A stretch of DNA of 64,000 nt from Dimorphilus gyrociliatus (GCA_904063045.1 CAJFCJ010000021.1:876367-940366); one strand, 5' to 3'; positions 1-14,330 are shown, counted from the stretch's first letter. Made by a program: numbers and translations. Notes: generated by a model from the letters alone, not told the origin.

Positions 1-87
1 GTGCAGTTTATACGATTAGCATTTCGTAAGGAGATGTATACATCATACGAATGGTATAAATACATATATATATATACAGTATATATG

Positions 88-126
<39 letters not shown>

Positions 127-1683
127 CGCGCGAAAGAAAATGATATATAAATAGAAAAATCATATTTATTTGCATTAATTATTACTAAGAAATTATATTA
201 ATTATAATTAGGGTTGGGTTAGAACTTAATTGATTCAATTTACTTTATTACTTTTCACACCCAAAACTTCTAAAACAAACAACAAACAAAACAAAAACTA
301 TAAGAAACAAGTTTTATAGTAAACTTATAATAATCTATTATTATCATCATTATTATCATCATCGTCTTCGTTATCATTGTAAATCTTGTCTATATTTATC
401 TTGAAAAACTGTTTAATTCTACTTTTTATACTTTATAACTGGGTGTAATTTAATTAATTAATGTTGCTATTAAAGTTTAATAGGATCCTTTTAGCATTGT
501 AGAAAAGTAAAGTGGATAAATGAATGAAGAGATGATAAGGAGGAAATGGAAGAAGCGAAGAGAGGAGGAACGGTATTAGTGTTGGTGTTAGTATGTATGG
601 GCGTCAGGGAGGGAGAGAGAGAGAGAGAGAGAGATAGGATATATAAGATAGATAAAGAAATAGTTAATGAAAAGAACAAGTAGAAAACGATAGTAACGTC
701 GAAACGTTGTCATCTCTATTTTCAATCGTAGAAAATGACCATCTGAAAAAGAATTATTTGAGAGAATGGAATATATTACAAACACAACAAAATACTGCTA
801 AAGAATGGAATAAATGAAAGATCAAAAAATATATATACACAACCATACTGATATTATAGCTGTATAAATATGAAAAAAATGACTGATTTCTTAAGAAATA
901 GTAAGAAAAGTAGCAGTTAATTTCTCGTTCTGATTCTTTCCGCCCACTTTCGTATTTTTCTATGATGATTAGACGAAGCAGAGAATAGACGCCAATTAAT
1001 CGCCTCAAGAAATGAACACAGACTACCCAATTTTCATCTACGTACATTTGTTAGAAAGAAACGTCTAGTAGGACGATTAGCCGCACTCGTTCCTCCAATT
1101 CCTCGTAGCTCTTAATCGATTCGAACACTCCACCCTGAGAAATTATAGGCTTACGTCTATCCTTTAATAATCTTACTATTTAGAGAAACTACGGACGAAT
1201 AGAGCGTTTTTTTCTCACTCCTCTCTTTCACTTTCTCTCTCTCTCTCTCTTTCAGAAAGTTCTATTATTAACTCTTAATATAAATCGACCACTACGCAAA
1301 GAGATCCATTTAGTTTCTTTTATTTACATTTTTAGAATTTATTATGTGTCTCTTTTGCTTTATCTATTCAGCATCTTTTATCTCTTTTCCTACTATTTCA
1401 ATTGGTTAAAATCACTAAAATTGATAATAATAATAGTAATAATAATAACAATAACAAAACAAATAAAAAATCTTATGACCTTACGGTCATTGACATTGTC
1501 TAATTTCTTAAACGCTGTTGACCTCACGACTCGATAGCCTATGTCATGTTTATAGCGCCATCTGCATTGCTGAGTATTAACCGTAAGAGATAAGGTTAAT
1601 TGAGTGAAAAATTCCTTGAAAAATATATTTGTCTATATTGTTTTATGTAAATTGAAAAAGAGAAATGTGGTTAGGAGAAGTTT

Positions 1684-1692
1684 CTCTACCTC

Positions 1693-1750
<58 letters not shown>

Positions 1751-1766
1751 ACTCTCTCTCGCTCTC
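1684..1766. repeat. (CT)n microsatellite
   Basis: Long ct run, which generates the spurious SLSLS/ERERE ORFs at 1604..1930 and 1633..1833. Confidence 0.95.
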
Positions 1767-2828
1767 TATACTTTACATATATACTGTATATACTGTATAT
1801 ATATATAAATCTTTTTTTAGTTGGATGGAGCAAATTAGGAAAGAGACAAAAAGAAGAGAGAGAGAGAGAGGAAGAGGAAAAGAGTATTATAGATAGAGGA
1901 TGTGAACAGAGTGGACTTCTTTCTGCATAACCAGGTTTCCTAGCCGAAGAGGGAATTACGTCCGGAACAAATTCATTTTACGCCCTACTTCTTATCCTAC
2001 ACTCTTAATTTATTTTAGTTGGTCTACGGACATTATCTATGTACTAAAAAAGTAATAGATTATCAGATGAATATGTAAATTAGCCGTCTTAAAAACAGTA
2101 TAATTAATGCTTTAAGGACTTGTAAAGATAATTAGAGACGCCCGTGTCGTCTATTGATTAGACTGTAATGTCGTTTAAATCTTCACCAAGTTTGGTTCTC
2201 TTAGCAAACTTCTAAAGTAGCAGGAAAGAAGCATTAAGAAAGTAATTTGTTAAATTTATTCGTTTTCTCGACGAATTTAGCATGCTAATTTAAATTAGCA
2301 TAATATAATGTATATTTTAATTTATTCTAATAGCTATACCATATATTTTATATCTGTAATCAGCTAGACGTTTAAACGATTAATGAATATTTATAAAGAC
2401 TATAACCTTTCTATCAAAATATATATAGTATGTTATGTATCTACTGTATGTTCCACTCTATCAATCCTATATATTTCGTTTAACACTATATTCTTTATAG
2501 AATACTTCAAACTCACATACAGTCCCTACTATTAGATTTTTACCCGTTATTATAATTATTGTTTAATTACAAATAATTACCTATATAACGACAGAAAGGG
2601 TAAGTAACCTTTCTTAATTAGTCAATTAAACATTGAAAATGTTATACTAACTACACTATATCGTGTATCAAGCTGCAGAGAACCTTGGAAGAGGGGAGAG
2701 AGGACAGAAAAGTGAAAAGAGCAAGGAAGATATACATACGTACATATATATCAATAAATACTCTATACCGTGTATATAGTTTATATGGTACATATATAAA
2801 TATGTATAGTAATATATACAGAATATAA

Positions 2829-2833
2829 GAGCG

Positions 2834-2877
<44 letters not shown>

Positions 2878-2905
2878 TGAGAGTGAGAGACAGAGGCAGA
2901 CAGAC
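2829..2905. repeat. (GA)n/(GACA)n compound microsatellite
   Basis: gagcgagc-(ga)n-gacagaca run read directly. Confidence 0.9.
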
Positions 2906-5003
2906 AGACAGAGAAAGAAAAAAAGGGAGAAAGATATAAGTAAAAATATGTATGTAATGGAATGTTATAGGATGAACATGAATTAGTTGTTTATAAAGTA
3001 AACAAGCTGATTTAATTAATTAATTAAAATACATCTTGAATATCTGATATTCTAAACTCTTTAAATATCCTTCATGCTATTATTATTATTATTATTATTA
3101 TTAATTAAAACTATTAGCTGTAGTTGTTCTTCTATCTTCTTCTTATCTCAAAAATCGTTTATTCTTCCTTTTCTTTTTCATAGCCGTCTTCTTCTTTTTT
3201 TATTTCTTATTCTCAACTCTTTAAGTGCATTCTATATTTTTTCTTCTATAATTTTCCCTCCTTTGTTCCATCTATCTCCCTAATAAAGATCTTAAAATAG
3301 ACTATATTTTTTACATAGCTATCGCTATCCTATTAGAAACGCCATCTATTGACTGCTTTTAGATATTGCGGTAGAAAGAAGCGTTTCTTCTCTTCACTCT
3401 ATACAGAACACTTTATTAAGCGCCCGACACGCGCATAAAATGTAAAGTTTTATTCTTCCGTAATAATGTAGCACATTATATAGAATGCCACAAATGGTGG
3501 GACATAAAAAATGGAGAAAAGAGACGAGAAACGTACGCTATGGCAACCTTTAAATGATTAATAGAATGTATTAGAAATATTTGAATAAATACAAACTACA
3601 CATTGCTTATATTTTTGTATTTTATTTTTAGTTGTTTGTCCCTAATTTTTTATTAAACAAGTTATCTTCTAATCCTGCTAGAGGTTAAAACGGAAATATG
3701 TAATTAACTTTTACTGATAAGCTACTCTCCTATGCTCTAATTCCGAGAATAAGGAACAGTGGGCGTAGAAAATCCGTAATCTGAGAAAGACATTCTCGAA
3801 AAAACAAACGATGTTCTCTCAATCATTCTCAACCTTTTCACCTAGTTACTAAGAGGATGATTCGGAGTTTAAAAGAGTCCGAGTGATGGATAACGTAGAC
3901 AATAATTAATAATAATAGAAATGTTTAATCATACTTTTTGCTAATTTATTATCTATCTATAAAGTTATTGCCATATATATGTACTTGATATAGTACGAAT
4001 ATAAATACAAGTGTATATGTACAGTATACAAGAAGGAATATAGTAGGAGAGAGAGAGAGAGACAGTGAAATAGAAAGAGTAAAAAGATATTAGAATCAAC
4101 TAATAATCATCTGTATTCATCTTCGTTCCACCTACAGCAAATGATAGATAATACGATAAAAACATAGAATTATGCACAATAAAGGATATTTGACAATTTA
4201 ACATTCTCTATTAAAAAGTATAACTCCTATTACAACGAAGAAACTAATAAGAAAATAGATAGACCATTACCTCGTTTATAAGTTTCTCCATCTTCTTTCT
4301 TTTCTAGTTGAATTTTTAAGGTCTGAGAAACGAGGGATTAGCCGAATAGATGATTAATAATCCCTGGAATGTTTTTTTTTTTATTCATAAAAAATTTATG
4401 AGAGAAATTCGCAAAATAGACATTTCTCATAAGAATTTCAAGATAGGAAAAAAGTAATAAATGAGCAATCCATTCCTATAATTTATAGATTAAATTTCTT
4501 AAATATTCTCACTTGTTTTATTTTTTCAGATGTCAAACTAGAATAATTCCTTAATTATTAACAAATTCGTCATCCACTCTTATTATCTCCGATCTTCTAC
4601 GCATAGAAAATGGACAGTTCGATTACTTTGACGGATGAATCGGTTTTTTTTCCCTTTTCGATAATAGGCCTAAAATCGCTAAGCAGCCAGCCAAAGGCTA
4701 TCTTTTTGGATAATTCATCAATTTAGACTTATCTACCCTATTCAGAGTAGCATATTGGCACTTTTTTTCCTTTTATTCCGATAGAGAAAGTTATCGTTAT
4801 ATCACTAATGACGATAACACTCATGATGATATTTCACTTCATGAATTATATATAGTGTACAACAACTACAGTCTATAAAGTTTTATCTATACTTTATAAA
4901 GTAGATATACACATTTAGATATGGATTTTACATAATAAATATTTTAGAAACCTTTCGAACGACATTTAAACCTATTCAATATAAAATTCACTTTCTAGGT
5001 AAA

Positions 5004-5255
5004 ATGAACGCTCTAGAGAAACGTATTTTGAACAGGAAAAGGGACCGCTTTCAAAGCGTCTTTTTTAATGTCAATAATCAACGCCTATTAAAAGATCTCG
5101 TTGGACAAGGAATAGTTTTAAAGGGTACTTTAGAGAAAGTTCAGGTTTCAAATAAAATTTTTTTTTACATTGATATTATAACTTTTATTTTATTTACTTT
5201 TCATCTCTCTCTCCCCTTTATCTCTCTTTTTTCATTCTTTCTTTCCTTCTTTCTA

Positions 5256-5333
<78 letters not shown>

Positions 5334-6360
5334 CCTCTCTCCCTCTCCCCCTCTCTTTCCCTCTCCCCTCTTCTTTATTTATATATTCTTCTTCCCCAAA
5401 TAGAAAAATAAAGACGTCAATGAAAAATTCTCCCTACTATTGAAAGATTTCGAAAAGGAACCGCTCTCTTTTCAGAAGATTTGTTACAGTTTGGAAAATA
5501 GAGGGTATGTCAATTTGCTTGACGAACTCAAAGCTGAACTAATTGTAGAAGAAGGGAAATATAGACCGAATAATTGGATGATTTCCGAAGCTGAGCAATT
5601 CAGCTCTGTTAATGTTACGTACGAAATTGCTAAAAGATTTGCGGTTGCTGAACTTCTATGTAAATTTTCCGTAAAAAGACGCACTAAAGATTTAATAACC
5701 GAAAGACATCTAATACAATCAAAAGTAAAGGAATTACTTGGAAATATCAATAAGTTAATCAAGCATACAAATCAAGAAGGAAGTAGGGATGATGGAAAAA
5801 ATTTCGATAGACAAAAATTAATCGATTTAGATTTGGAGACTAATAAGAAGAAAGCTTTTCAATTAGCATCAGAGAAAATCGAACAACTGTTCAAAGTTTA
5901 TCAAAGTCTTGAAAGGGAAAATTCTATATTTAGAATTGAAAGGGAAAGCTGCTTGAAACTGCTAAATTGTAATAATAAGTATTCGAGAATAGATGAAATA
6001 TTAAAAGAAACTTTAAAGGACGCTTCTACAGAGGTCGACAAGGTCAAAACCTCGGCTTTGAAAGAAAGGAGCAATTGTTCTACCCTAGATTCAAGAGTAA
6101 GACAAATAAAACTCGATACGCAAAGGAGTTTATTAGTGAAGCAAGACGAAATTGAAAATTTGAAATATTGTCTGGTGGAGAAAGATAAGAGGATACGACA
6201 TCTAGCGGAAGAGAACGCAAAGAATAGACAAAGATTTGAATTTTACGAAAGAGAATTACAAATAGCCAAGACAAGAAATTTAGTTCTTGAAAGGTCAAGA
6301 GGATTATGCTACTCTTGGAAAGACGTTGTTGGAAATTTTAAAAGAGCAGATCTCAAATAG
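5004..6360 (+). CDS. CARD-like death-fold domain + long coiled-coil protein (2 coding exons)
   Basis: Exon 5004-5144 (donor cag|gt) splices in phase 0 to acceptor aatag|AAA at 5404, in frame with ORF 5440..6360. The spliced N-terminus (ILNRKRDRF...LLKDLVGQGIV...EKVQ...LLLK...SFQKICYSLENRGYVNLLDEL) follows the Apaf-1-type CARD pattern; the rest is heptad-rich. Confidence 0.75.
5259..5328. repeat. (CT)n microsatellite inside intron
   Basis: Lies within intron 5145-5403. Confidence 0.95.
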
Positions 6361-6660
6361 TTGGTTTATAAAACCGTTTCTTTTCTCCCCCTTCCTTCTC
6401 TAGCCCTCACCCTTCTCTCTCGCTCTCTCTCTCTCTCTCTCCCTCTCTTCTCCCGGAAGAGCCTTAAATACCTTTTATTATTCATTAGGTGACAGATATC
6501 ACAAAAAAATCAATGTATTTCCGGTAACGTCCTAAATATTATGTTGATAAGACGTTTCTCCTTCTTTATTATTTACATGAAATAAATAAATTTTTACTTT
6601 TTTTTTTCAACGAGACAGTCATTTAATAAACTTTTTTTTATTATGATTTAAAACTTCTTA

Positions 6661-8713
6661 TTAGACGCCCAACATAAACGCTTGTTTACTAGGTGGAATG
6701 CTACCGCTCTGCGAAGTATTCGCCAAAGGATTGCTCAACGTTGCGTTGAATGTTCCCTTTAATACTGTATCTTGTATGAGTGGATTAAATTCGTACGTTC
6801 CCGGTCCTGGTACATTCTCTTTTGATAGGTTCTTAAATCTTTTATCCTTTGCGGTCAATGGATTATTTGCTCTGCCGGTTATTTTTGGAGCGTACATATT
6901 CGGAGCTAAATTAAATAAACACAACAACAAAAAAAAGGCGATAAGATAAAATTTTATCAAGTTTTTTGAATACTTAAATTGGATGCAATTAATTTGTGTT
7001 TTATACCTGGATTACTTGGATCCGTTTCATCTACAATTATATCGTGGGGCGGAACGAAACGCCCACTTGAAACTTGGAAGGCATTGTGTCGTTTCTTAGC
7101 TTCCGTTGTCCTAGGCGGTGCCAGTTCTCTCTTTATTAATTTCGTATGAGCCTTATGAACATCGTAGGATCCAGGAGCAGGTGTATCCTAAATTAAGGAA
7201 AATTGCGGTGTAATAAACTCTATTAATTATTTATAAATCGTATTAATACCTTAATGATTGCTTCAGCTTCAAATCTATTTGTGAGCGATTGGAAATTGGC
7301 TGATGCATTATCGTACTTAGGTTTAAATGGCACTTCTTTGGGTTGATAGTGAGATGGGCCAGGGTTAGCAGTTTCAGTTTTTGTCGCTAAACCGTGCGAC
7401 CTTGGTGCGGTTGTTCCAAATACTCCCCGTCTTGTCGATTCCATGTAAGCTTTTCTCATACTTTCAGAACCCATACCGCCGGCATTGTACGCCCCTGGGC
7501 CTGGACCGCCTCGATTCTCAGAAATGAATCTGACACTAGTTTGACCAAAAGGAGATTTCTTAAGGCCACTAACTTTTCTTAGAGCGTCTAAAGCTTGTCT
7601 AGGATCGTTATAAGCACCTGGTGCTGGTGTACTTTCTTTCATCCTACCGAATCTCTGAAAGTTAATAGAAATCTTTTAAAGTATTTGTCGTTAATCCTCG
7701 CTTTTACCATTTCATATTATTTTTTTTGCGGTATATGTTTCTCGTTACAACTGTAAAACAACATAAACTGACAAAACTGACATACAAACAAAACAAAACA
7801 AACAAACAAAACAGTATCTACAATAACAACTTACCATACTTTGAGAACCGAATGGCGGATGTTCCGGAGAAAACTCAACATTATCCACATTATTCTTTTG
7901 CAGTTTATCGAATTGACTTGGTATTTCATATTTTCCCGGTCCGGGAATTCCTTCTTTCTTCGCTTTAATTTCAACTATTTCATTATATCTAGGTATAATT
8001 GGATCGGGTTTGCCTTTTTCCGAAACGGCGATATTTAAGTTCAAAGCTCTTGTTGACCTCTTTAAATCAACTTCGTATTCTCCGGGTCCGGGCCCCTCTC
8101 TACCCCCAAAAGTAAATCTTTGACTCGTTCTCTTACACCACTGTGTTCCTTTAAAGTCCGATTCGACTTTATCTGTAGATACTCTATAATAGGCTGGTCC
8201 TAATGAGACGTCTCGTTTGGGCGGTTTTTGCTTTTGTAGCAGCCCATCTTCGGTTTCTTCGTAACCGTAGGCCTGCTGAGGAACTGGTATGGATGGGGCT
8301 TGAGCAACTTTAACTGGTTTTGTTCTCGCCATAATTAAAACATTTTTTGCGTGGGGAGCCTCAATTTTAACTGGTGAAGCTTTTTTCTCTTCAAGATTAT
8401 ATTGGCCTGGTCCCGGAGTAACTTCTGATTTGTGTTTAAATCGACCCTCCTTATTCGAGAGGGAACTACCACCTTTAACTGTTAATTGAATAGTACCCGG
8501 GTCGTATTGCCCCGGTCCAGGTAAAGCCGCTGTAGTTTCAATTTGCGATGGAAACGTTTCACGGCTTGTCATGGATAAGAATGGAGCATATCCATCTATT
8601 TGAATTTTCTTTGGATTAGGCGAATCCATATTGTAGGAGCCGGGACCGATATTTTTCCCAGTACTTCCTATTAGATTGACGAGACTTCTCTCTGCTCTAT
8701 CGTAGACTGACAT
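6661..8713 (-). CDS. STPG2: Sperm-tail PG-rich repeat-containing protein 2 (SHIPPO-repeat ciliary protein)
   Basis: Exons 8713-7835, 7654-7250, 7187-7007, 6905-6661 with GT-AG boundaries in phase. Many PGPGxY repeats; the segments YDRA...GPGSY...APFLSMTSRE...PSIP...YGY...LGPAYY match STPG2 from memory. Confidence 0.88.
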
Positions 8714-8881
8714 CTGTTTATATCAAAATTAATTAAGTTTTCTGTTTATTTAAATTTAGGAAATCATTGAAAAAATTACCCTGATTTGTTCGGTGAAAGA
8801 TCGCAAATTAAGTAGAATATTACTTTTAATAAATGTAATTATAATAAACGATAAATATTGAGAAAAAAATTATCCTTAATT

Positions 8882-8894
8882 GTAGTCTAGCAAC
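8882..8894 (-). promoter_or_regulatory. Candidate RFX X-box upstream of STPG2
   Basis: Minus strand GTTGCTAGACTAC resembles the X-box GTTGCTAGGCAAC; about 170 nt upstream of the ATG of a ciliary gene. Confidence 0.4.
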
Positions 8895-9594
8895 ATCATC
8901 CCCATATTGTTTCGCCGTTTCCAAGCATGTCTTCTCTAGGATGGTATATTATTCCGAAAATACTTTTAATGTTATTTTTTAACGGTAGAGGCAAGCCAGG
9001 CTTTTGGTCTAGACGCGCACTTAAAGTCTCGTGGAACAACGTTAAGTACGACCTTCACCCACGCCATTTTCAAGAGGCGCCAAGCACGCTTTACCTTCTC
9101 TCTTACGATATATATCCTTAGTAAGTAGACAGTTTGGCTATTTATAATTCTTCTATTTAATTTTCAATAATTCTTCATCATTACCACAACTAATTGTTGG
9201 TAGAAATGTGTTTTTGTTAGCTAGTTCGGAGGCAAACCGGTTAGATCCGGTTGGGGAAAATTCCTCTCATGCTTTCGCTGGAATATCCGTTAAAAATTCA
9301 AAAAAAAATCCCTATTTTGCGTAAAAAGGTACAAAATTTAATAGAAAAATGGTAATAACCATTCGAATATTGGCACATGGACTCTTTGAGATTGTAGGCC
9401 ATTTTCACTAGGCCAATATTCGGCTTGATATGAAATTATAATTAACTACCTACCGAAAAGTGTTTAACGAATTTTAACGATTTAAGACGAACGATTACTA
9501 CTTAGTGTATCAAATATGGAAAATACATATTATAAGAAATCAATAAGCCCTTTTTTTAAATAATTACGCATTTATTTAAACCGGCTATAACCAG

Positions 9595-9604
9595 AAAATG
9601 GCGG
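9595..9604 (+). promoter_or_regulatory. YY1-like motif near the Ran transcription start
   Basis: AAAATGGCGG matches the YY1 core, about 140 nt upstream of the Ran ATG. Confidence 0.4.
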
Positions 9605-9742
9605 TTTCGTAAGAAAAACGTTAAGCTAACGTTTTCATGAGTATATATAGTGCAGTTTATCCGTCTATTTTTCATTAATGGTTTATACCTTGAATGGTCT
9701 AGCTAACTGTTTTTAAATATGCTTATACCAGGTATACAAAAT

Positions 9743-10949
9743 ATGGCCAAGCCAGAAGAAAATATGCCGACGTTCAAGTTGGTTCTCTGCGGAGATGGAG
9801 GTGTTGGAAAAACAACTTTTGTCAAGCGCCACATGACCGGAGAGTTTGAAAAGAAATATGTTGGTAAGTAGAATATAATTTGGAACATTAAAAAAAGTAT
9901 TTTAGAATGGACTTGTACTTGAATATTTCTCTTTTCATAGCTACATTGGGAGTTGAAGTACATCCTCTCGTGTTCCATACAAAGAGAGGACCTGTTCGCT
10001 TCAATGTCTGGGATACGGCCGGTCAAGAAAAGTTTGGAGGTTTAAGGGACGGCTATTATATCCAAGGTATGGTATTTAACCACCGAAATAAGGCTTATTC
10101 AAAAACCAATAGGATTCGTTGATAAAAGCAATGTTTTGTCAGTTTTTTTCGAAAGAAAAGGAAAGCTTTATGATTGAATGATAATTTTCAAAGTGGCGTC
10201 CTATAAGAATGAATGATTGAATATTATTAAAAGTTTTTTGTTTCTAGTCAATTCTGTCTTAAGCTATGTAAACATGTGAAATTCGGTAGCTGAGCAGACT
10301 GAAAGAAAAAATTTTAACTTGAATAGTTTAATTTACATATAATGCAGAATGTGCTCTTTTATACTTTTTTGAACTATACATACTCAAACAAAATTTGTTT
10401 TGTTGTATTATCGACCTGAATAATAAGACAGTTTTTTTACTCTATTTTTTTAACAGGGCAATGCGCAATCATCATGTTTGACGTAACAGCAAGATCAACC
10501 TACAAGAACGTTCCCAACTGGCATCGTGATTTGGTCCGTGTTTGCGACAATATCCCAATTGTGCTCTGCGGAAATAAAGTTGACGTGAAGGATAGAAAAG
10601 TAAAGGCTAAAACAATCGTATTTCATAGAAAGAAGAACTTGCAGGTAAGCTTAAAATGAAGAGCAATTAAGAGATAAGGAAAATAAACACTTCCGGCTAA
10701 ACTAAATTGAAATTATTATTTTCCAATATACAGTACTACGATATCAGTGCAAAGTCGAACTACAATTTTGAAAAACCATTTCTATGGATAGTTCGTAAAT
10801 TGGTTGGAGATTCTAATTTAGAATTCGTTGAAACACCAGCTCTTGAACCACCAGAAGTTCACATGGATCCAAATCTGGCTGCCAAGTGGGATCAGGAATT
10901 AGAACAAGCAAAATCCGTGGCTTTGCCTGATGACGATGATGATCTGTAG
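9743..10949 (+). CDS. RAN: GTP-binding nuclear protein Ran
   Basis: Exons 9743-9863, 9941-10066, 10457-10644, 10734-10949 total 651 nt (216 aa + stop). Motifs [31 protein letters not shown]; acidic tail PDDDDDL. Confidence 0.99.
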
Positions 10950-12924
10950 AGATTTATAACGAAAAGTTTAAGCGGATATTAATAAAAATTATTTAAAAAA
11001 CTTTTTATTTCGTATACGTAAAAGTTGCTGAAAAAAATCAGTCTGATTAGGTCATTTTTTGCGCTGTAACCCACTGGGCATGATGATAAACTATAAATTA
11101 TATCGCTTCAAACTTTCCTTGAAGTTTTTTTTAGTACAATACAGATTTACTACATAAGATGGATCTTAAAATTTTACTTTTCAATAATGATTTTACTTAA
11201 ACAATTAATTATATTTTTTAAGTAGATGATCTACCCGATTCAAATATTAGCAAGGAAACTAGAAGGAAATACTCCATATATATACATACAGTATATCTTT
11301 GCAGTTCAAACACTTGAAAGGAGATTCTCCCCCTAATAAGTCTCTCTATATGGGAATATACAGCAAATACTATCAAGTTGACTAATTCGTAGACTGTTAT
11401 TCTTCCGATATAAGCTTGTTTTGTTTATTTATATTCTTTCAAGAGGCCTATCGTAATTTGAATTATACTTGATGCGCAATTAAAACTAAAGAGTGTATAT
11501 TGGCTGCATATTCTTTATCGTAGTCTAAAGACTAACCTAACCCAACCATGTTAGATAATAAATAATACTAAACGTCTTGGATGCTTCTGTAGACGTTTTC
11601 GAAAATTAGCATTCTAAAAGGGAATATAAAGCGTGTAAAGTTGTATTTATAACTCTGTTCAATATTGAAAGAAGAGAAAAGTAGAAGAATTTAACTTACA
11701 CAACACAATACAACCATAATACTTTATTTGTTTATATTTCAAGTAAATCGTGAAAAGAGAGTCTATCTTCACTATTTATATTTATCGTTCAAAACGATTT
11801 TTCCCTTCCCTTTGCTTTAACTTTGTAATATGGAATTTATTGTAACCTGAAAGGCTAGCGGTACAGCGACCTGTACCGTTCTAATCTAACTGATTTGTAA
11901 AGTGTAATGAAAGCATATTCTACTATCTATATGCTTTAATTGTCAAGTTTGATAGAATTGTATATCGGTACCTTACCATAATTAGTTAACTAAAGAGAGC
12001 GTTTAAAAAACGTCACTTATTTATAGCTAGATCATTACTGCGGGAAAAATGTCAATTTGAAAAAAGGCTCCTTTTAGCATTTTCGTTAGTTTCTTACAAG
12101 AAAGAAGGTTAACTTAATCATTAACGCTTTTACAAGCCCGTCTACCCTAGCTCTTTACCTAGCGGAAGTTCAAATTTCAACGGTTTTGACAGAAAATATT
12201 TCGGAAAGAGGGCGCAACTGCTAGGGATTGAGAAATATTTCCATCTGTGCAGTTTTCTCATACTTCTCTATCAACTACGCCCCCTACAATTTACACTCGT
12301 GACCTTAGTATCTGGTAATTGATAAAGGTACATCTAGATAATAGGTTAAAGTCACTTCCTTTTATTCCGGCCAAGTAGAATACAATACTTGGCTTTCGAC
12401 TGACACCTTTCCTCTCCGAGACTGATGTCCAAAGGTGTAATTACTAGTTGGCGAAACGCAATAATTGATAAGTAGGCTTAAACATAGAAGAGAGTAGAGT
12501 TCCATTCAATTCGATAGATACGAATGTCCTAGAAAATGGCAATAATAAGAAGAGTCCTTGTACTTAAAGTTCCTTATAGTTTTCTAATTTTTAACTAATA
12601 GTTAGTATACTGTTTAGTTAAAGAATAGGTTAAAAGGGAGATAAGAGTCTAAGTAATAAGTACAACATAGTCTATTAAATTTAATAAATAGACAAGTATA
12701 TATTGACTGATGTATATAGATGTGAAATCTAAATATTTAATACTACTTTTCATTCCGACGTCCTTTTTCTGTTGATTGACTGCTTTCTTTTTGCAATTGT
12801 TGCTGTTTGTTTGTTGTGGTACAAGTCATCCATCGTTCCTTCTTAGACTCACTTCTATCCTTGTCTCTTTTGCGGAAACAACAGATAGTTCCAACAAATA
12901 GAAATAAACCTGTGAAAAGAGACA

Positions 12925-14330
12925 ATGAATATCGTCATTAGATTCTTTATTCTTCTATTAAAATTTATTATTGATGCCTTCGGCGATATTCTCGTCAAGT
13001 TTGGATTGAGATTAGAACCTTTAACTTTTGAAACCGTTTGCAAAGGATTATCTAAACAAGCTAAATCTGATTTGCTACAAACTGAATATGCTAAGAATAA
13101 CTTTATGGTGCTTATTGAACATATTACCTCATGCGATGAATTACCACTCACTGGTCATTATTTTACAAGAGTCTGGATGATTAAACTATTAGAGTTAAGA
13201 GTCAGAGTTCAAAGATGCTTGAAAGAGGATCCTTCTATTTATAAGGTTCCTCTAACACGTCCAGTATTTTTTGTTACCCTCATGAGAACTGGTAGTACTT
13301 TTCTTCATCATCTTCTATCGCAAGATAAAAATTGGAGATGCCCCGAACTGTGGGAATTGGAGGATTGCGCACCACCGCCCGGTGGACAGGACGACTCTAG
13401 GAGAATTGCAGAGAGTAGATTGAAATGGAGTAAGTAGAGAAGATTGGGATAGGAAAGCCTAATGTAAAATATAATAACATAAATTTCTATTCCATCAGAT
13501 ATATCGAGTTGTCTAATGGGATGGAAAGACGTACAAAAGACGCACACATTCGACCCTCGCAATCCGGAAGATTTGGCTTTTATCGGTTACCTCGACGGTC
13601 ATTTTGTCGGTTCTTCACTTCTCCATCGCGGAATGGAAGGAGAATTTACCGACTACTTTAGAAATCAGTCGGAGAAAATTCAAGATATTTACGAAGAGAA
13701 TAATCGAGTTCGAATGCAAATGATTTGTAAAAATTCAGGTAAATAATATAAAAGACATTTTCCTCTTTTAACTATAAGATCCATAATTCTTTCTTTAAAG
13801 ATATGACAAAGAGACGATTATTGGCTATGCATCATACATCTCCTGTTCATTTAAGAGCTCTTCTAAAAGCCTTTCCCGATGCGCAAATCATCACAATTCA
13901 CCGAGATTTCGTAGGACAAATGAAATCGTCTTGCGAATTAATTAGAACAATTTCTAGACCTACTAGAAGACTATTCATAAAAGATAACGAAGGCTACGGT
14001 AGAAGAGTTTTGAATTCGGTCTATCACGACGCTGAAAAGTTGGTTAAATGGAGGAGGGATTGCAACTTTGAAAGTAAAGATTTTCAGAGATTCGTCGACG
14101 TTCACTTTAAAGATTTAATAAAGAATCCAATTGAAACCGTACAACAAATATATAATCAACTGGATCAAGAATTAACAACAGAGGCCAAAGAGAATATGAC
14201 TAAATTTTTGTCAAATCATAAAAAATCCAATGCCAAAGCTAAATATAACATTGAAGAGTTTGGATTAACAGAAAATCAGATAAGACAAAAATTCAAGTTC
14301 TATACAGACTATTTTAAAGTAAAAACGTGA
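12925..14330 (+). CDS. PAPS-dependent sulfotransferase, Sulfotransfer_3/Stf3-like (paralog 1)
   Basis: Exons 12925-13429, 13499-13738, 13801-14330. 5'-PSB-like RTGSTFLHHLLSQD, FPDAQIITIHRD, and FVDVHFKDLIKNP motifs. Confidence 0.85.

Noticed and set aside
491-3283. ORF-track proteins rich in SL, ER, IY or L runs
   Set aside because: Translations of microsatellites and AT-rich introns
1-4980. Scattered exon-like segments (e.g. plus 973-1114 DEAENRRQLIAS..; minus about 4270-4322 LKNSTRKRKKMEKLINE with clean splice sites)
   Set aside because: Could not be chained into a consistent reading frame or assigned to a family; left unannotated
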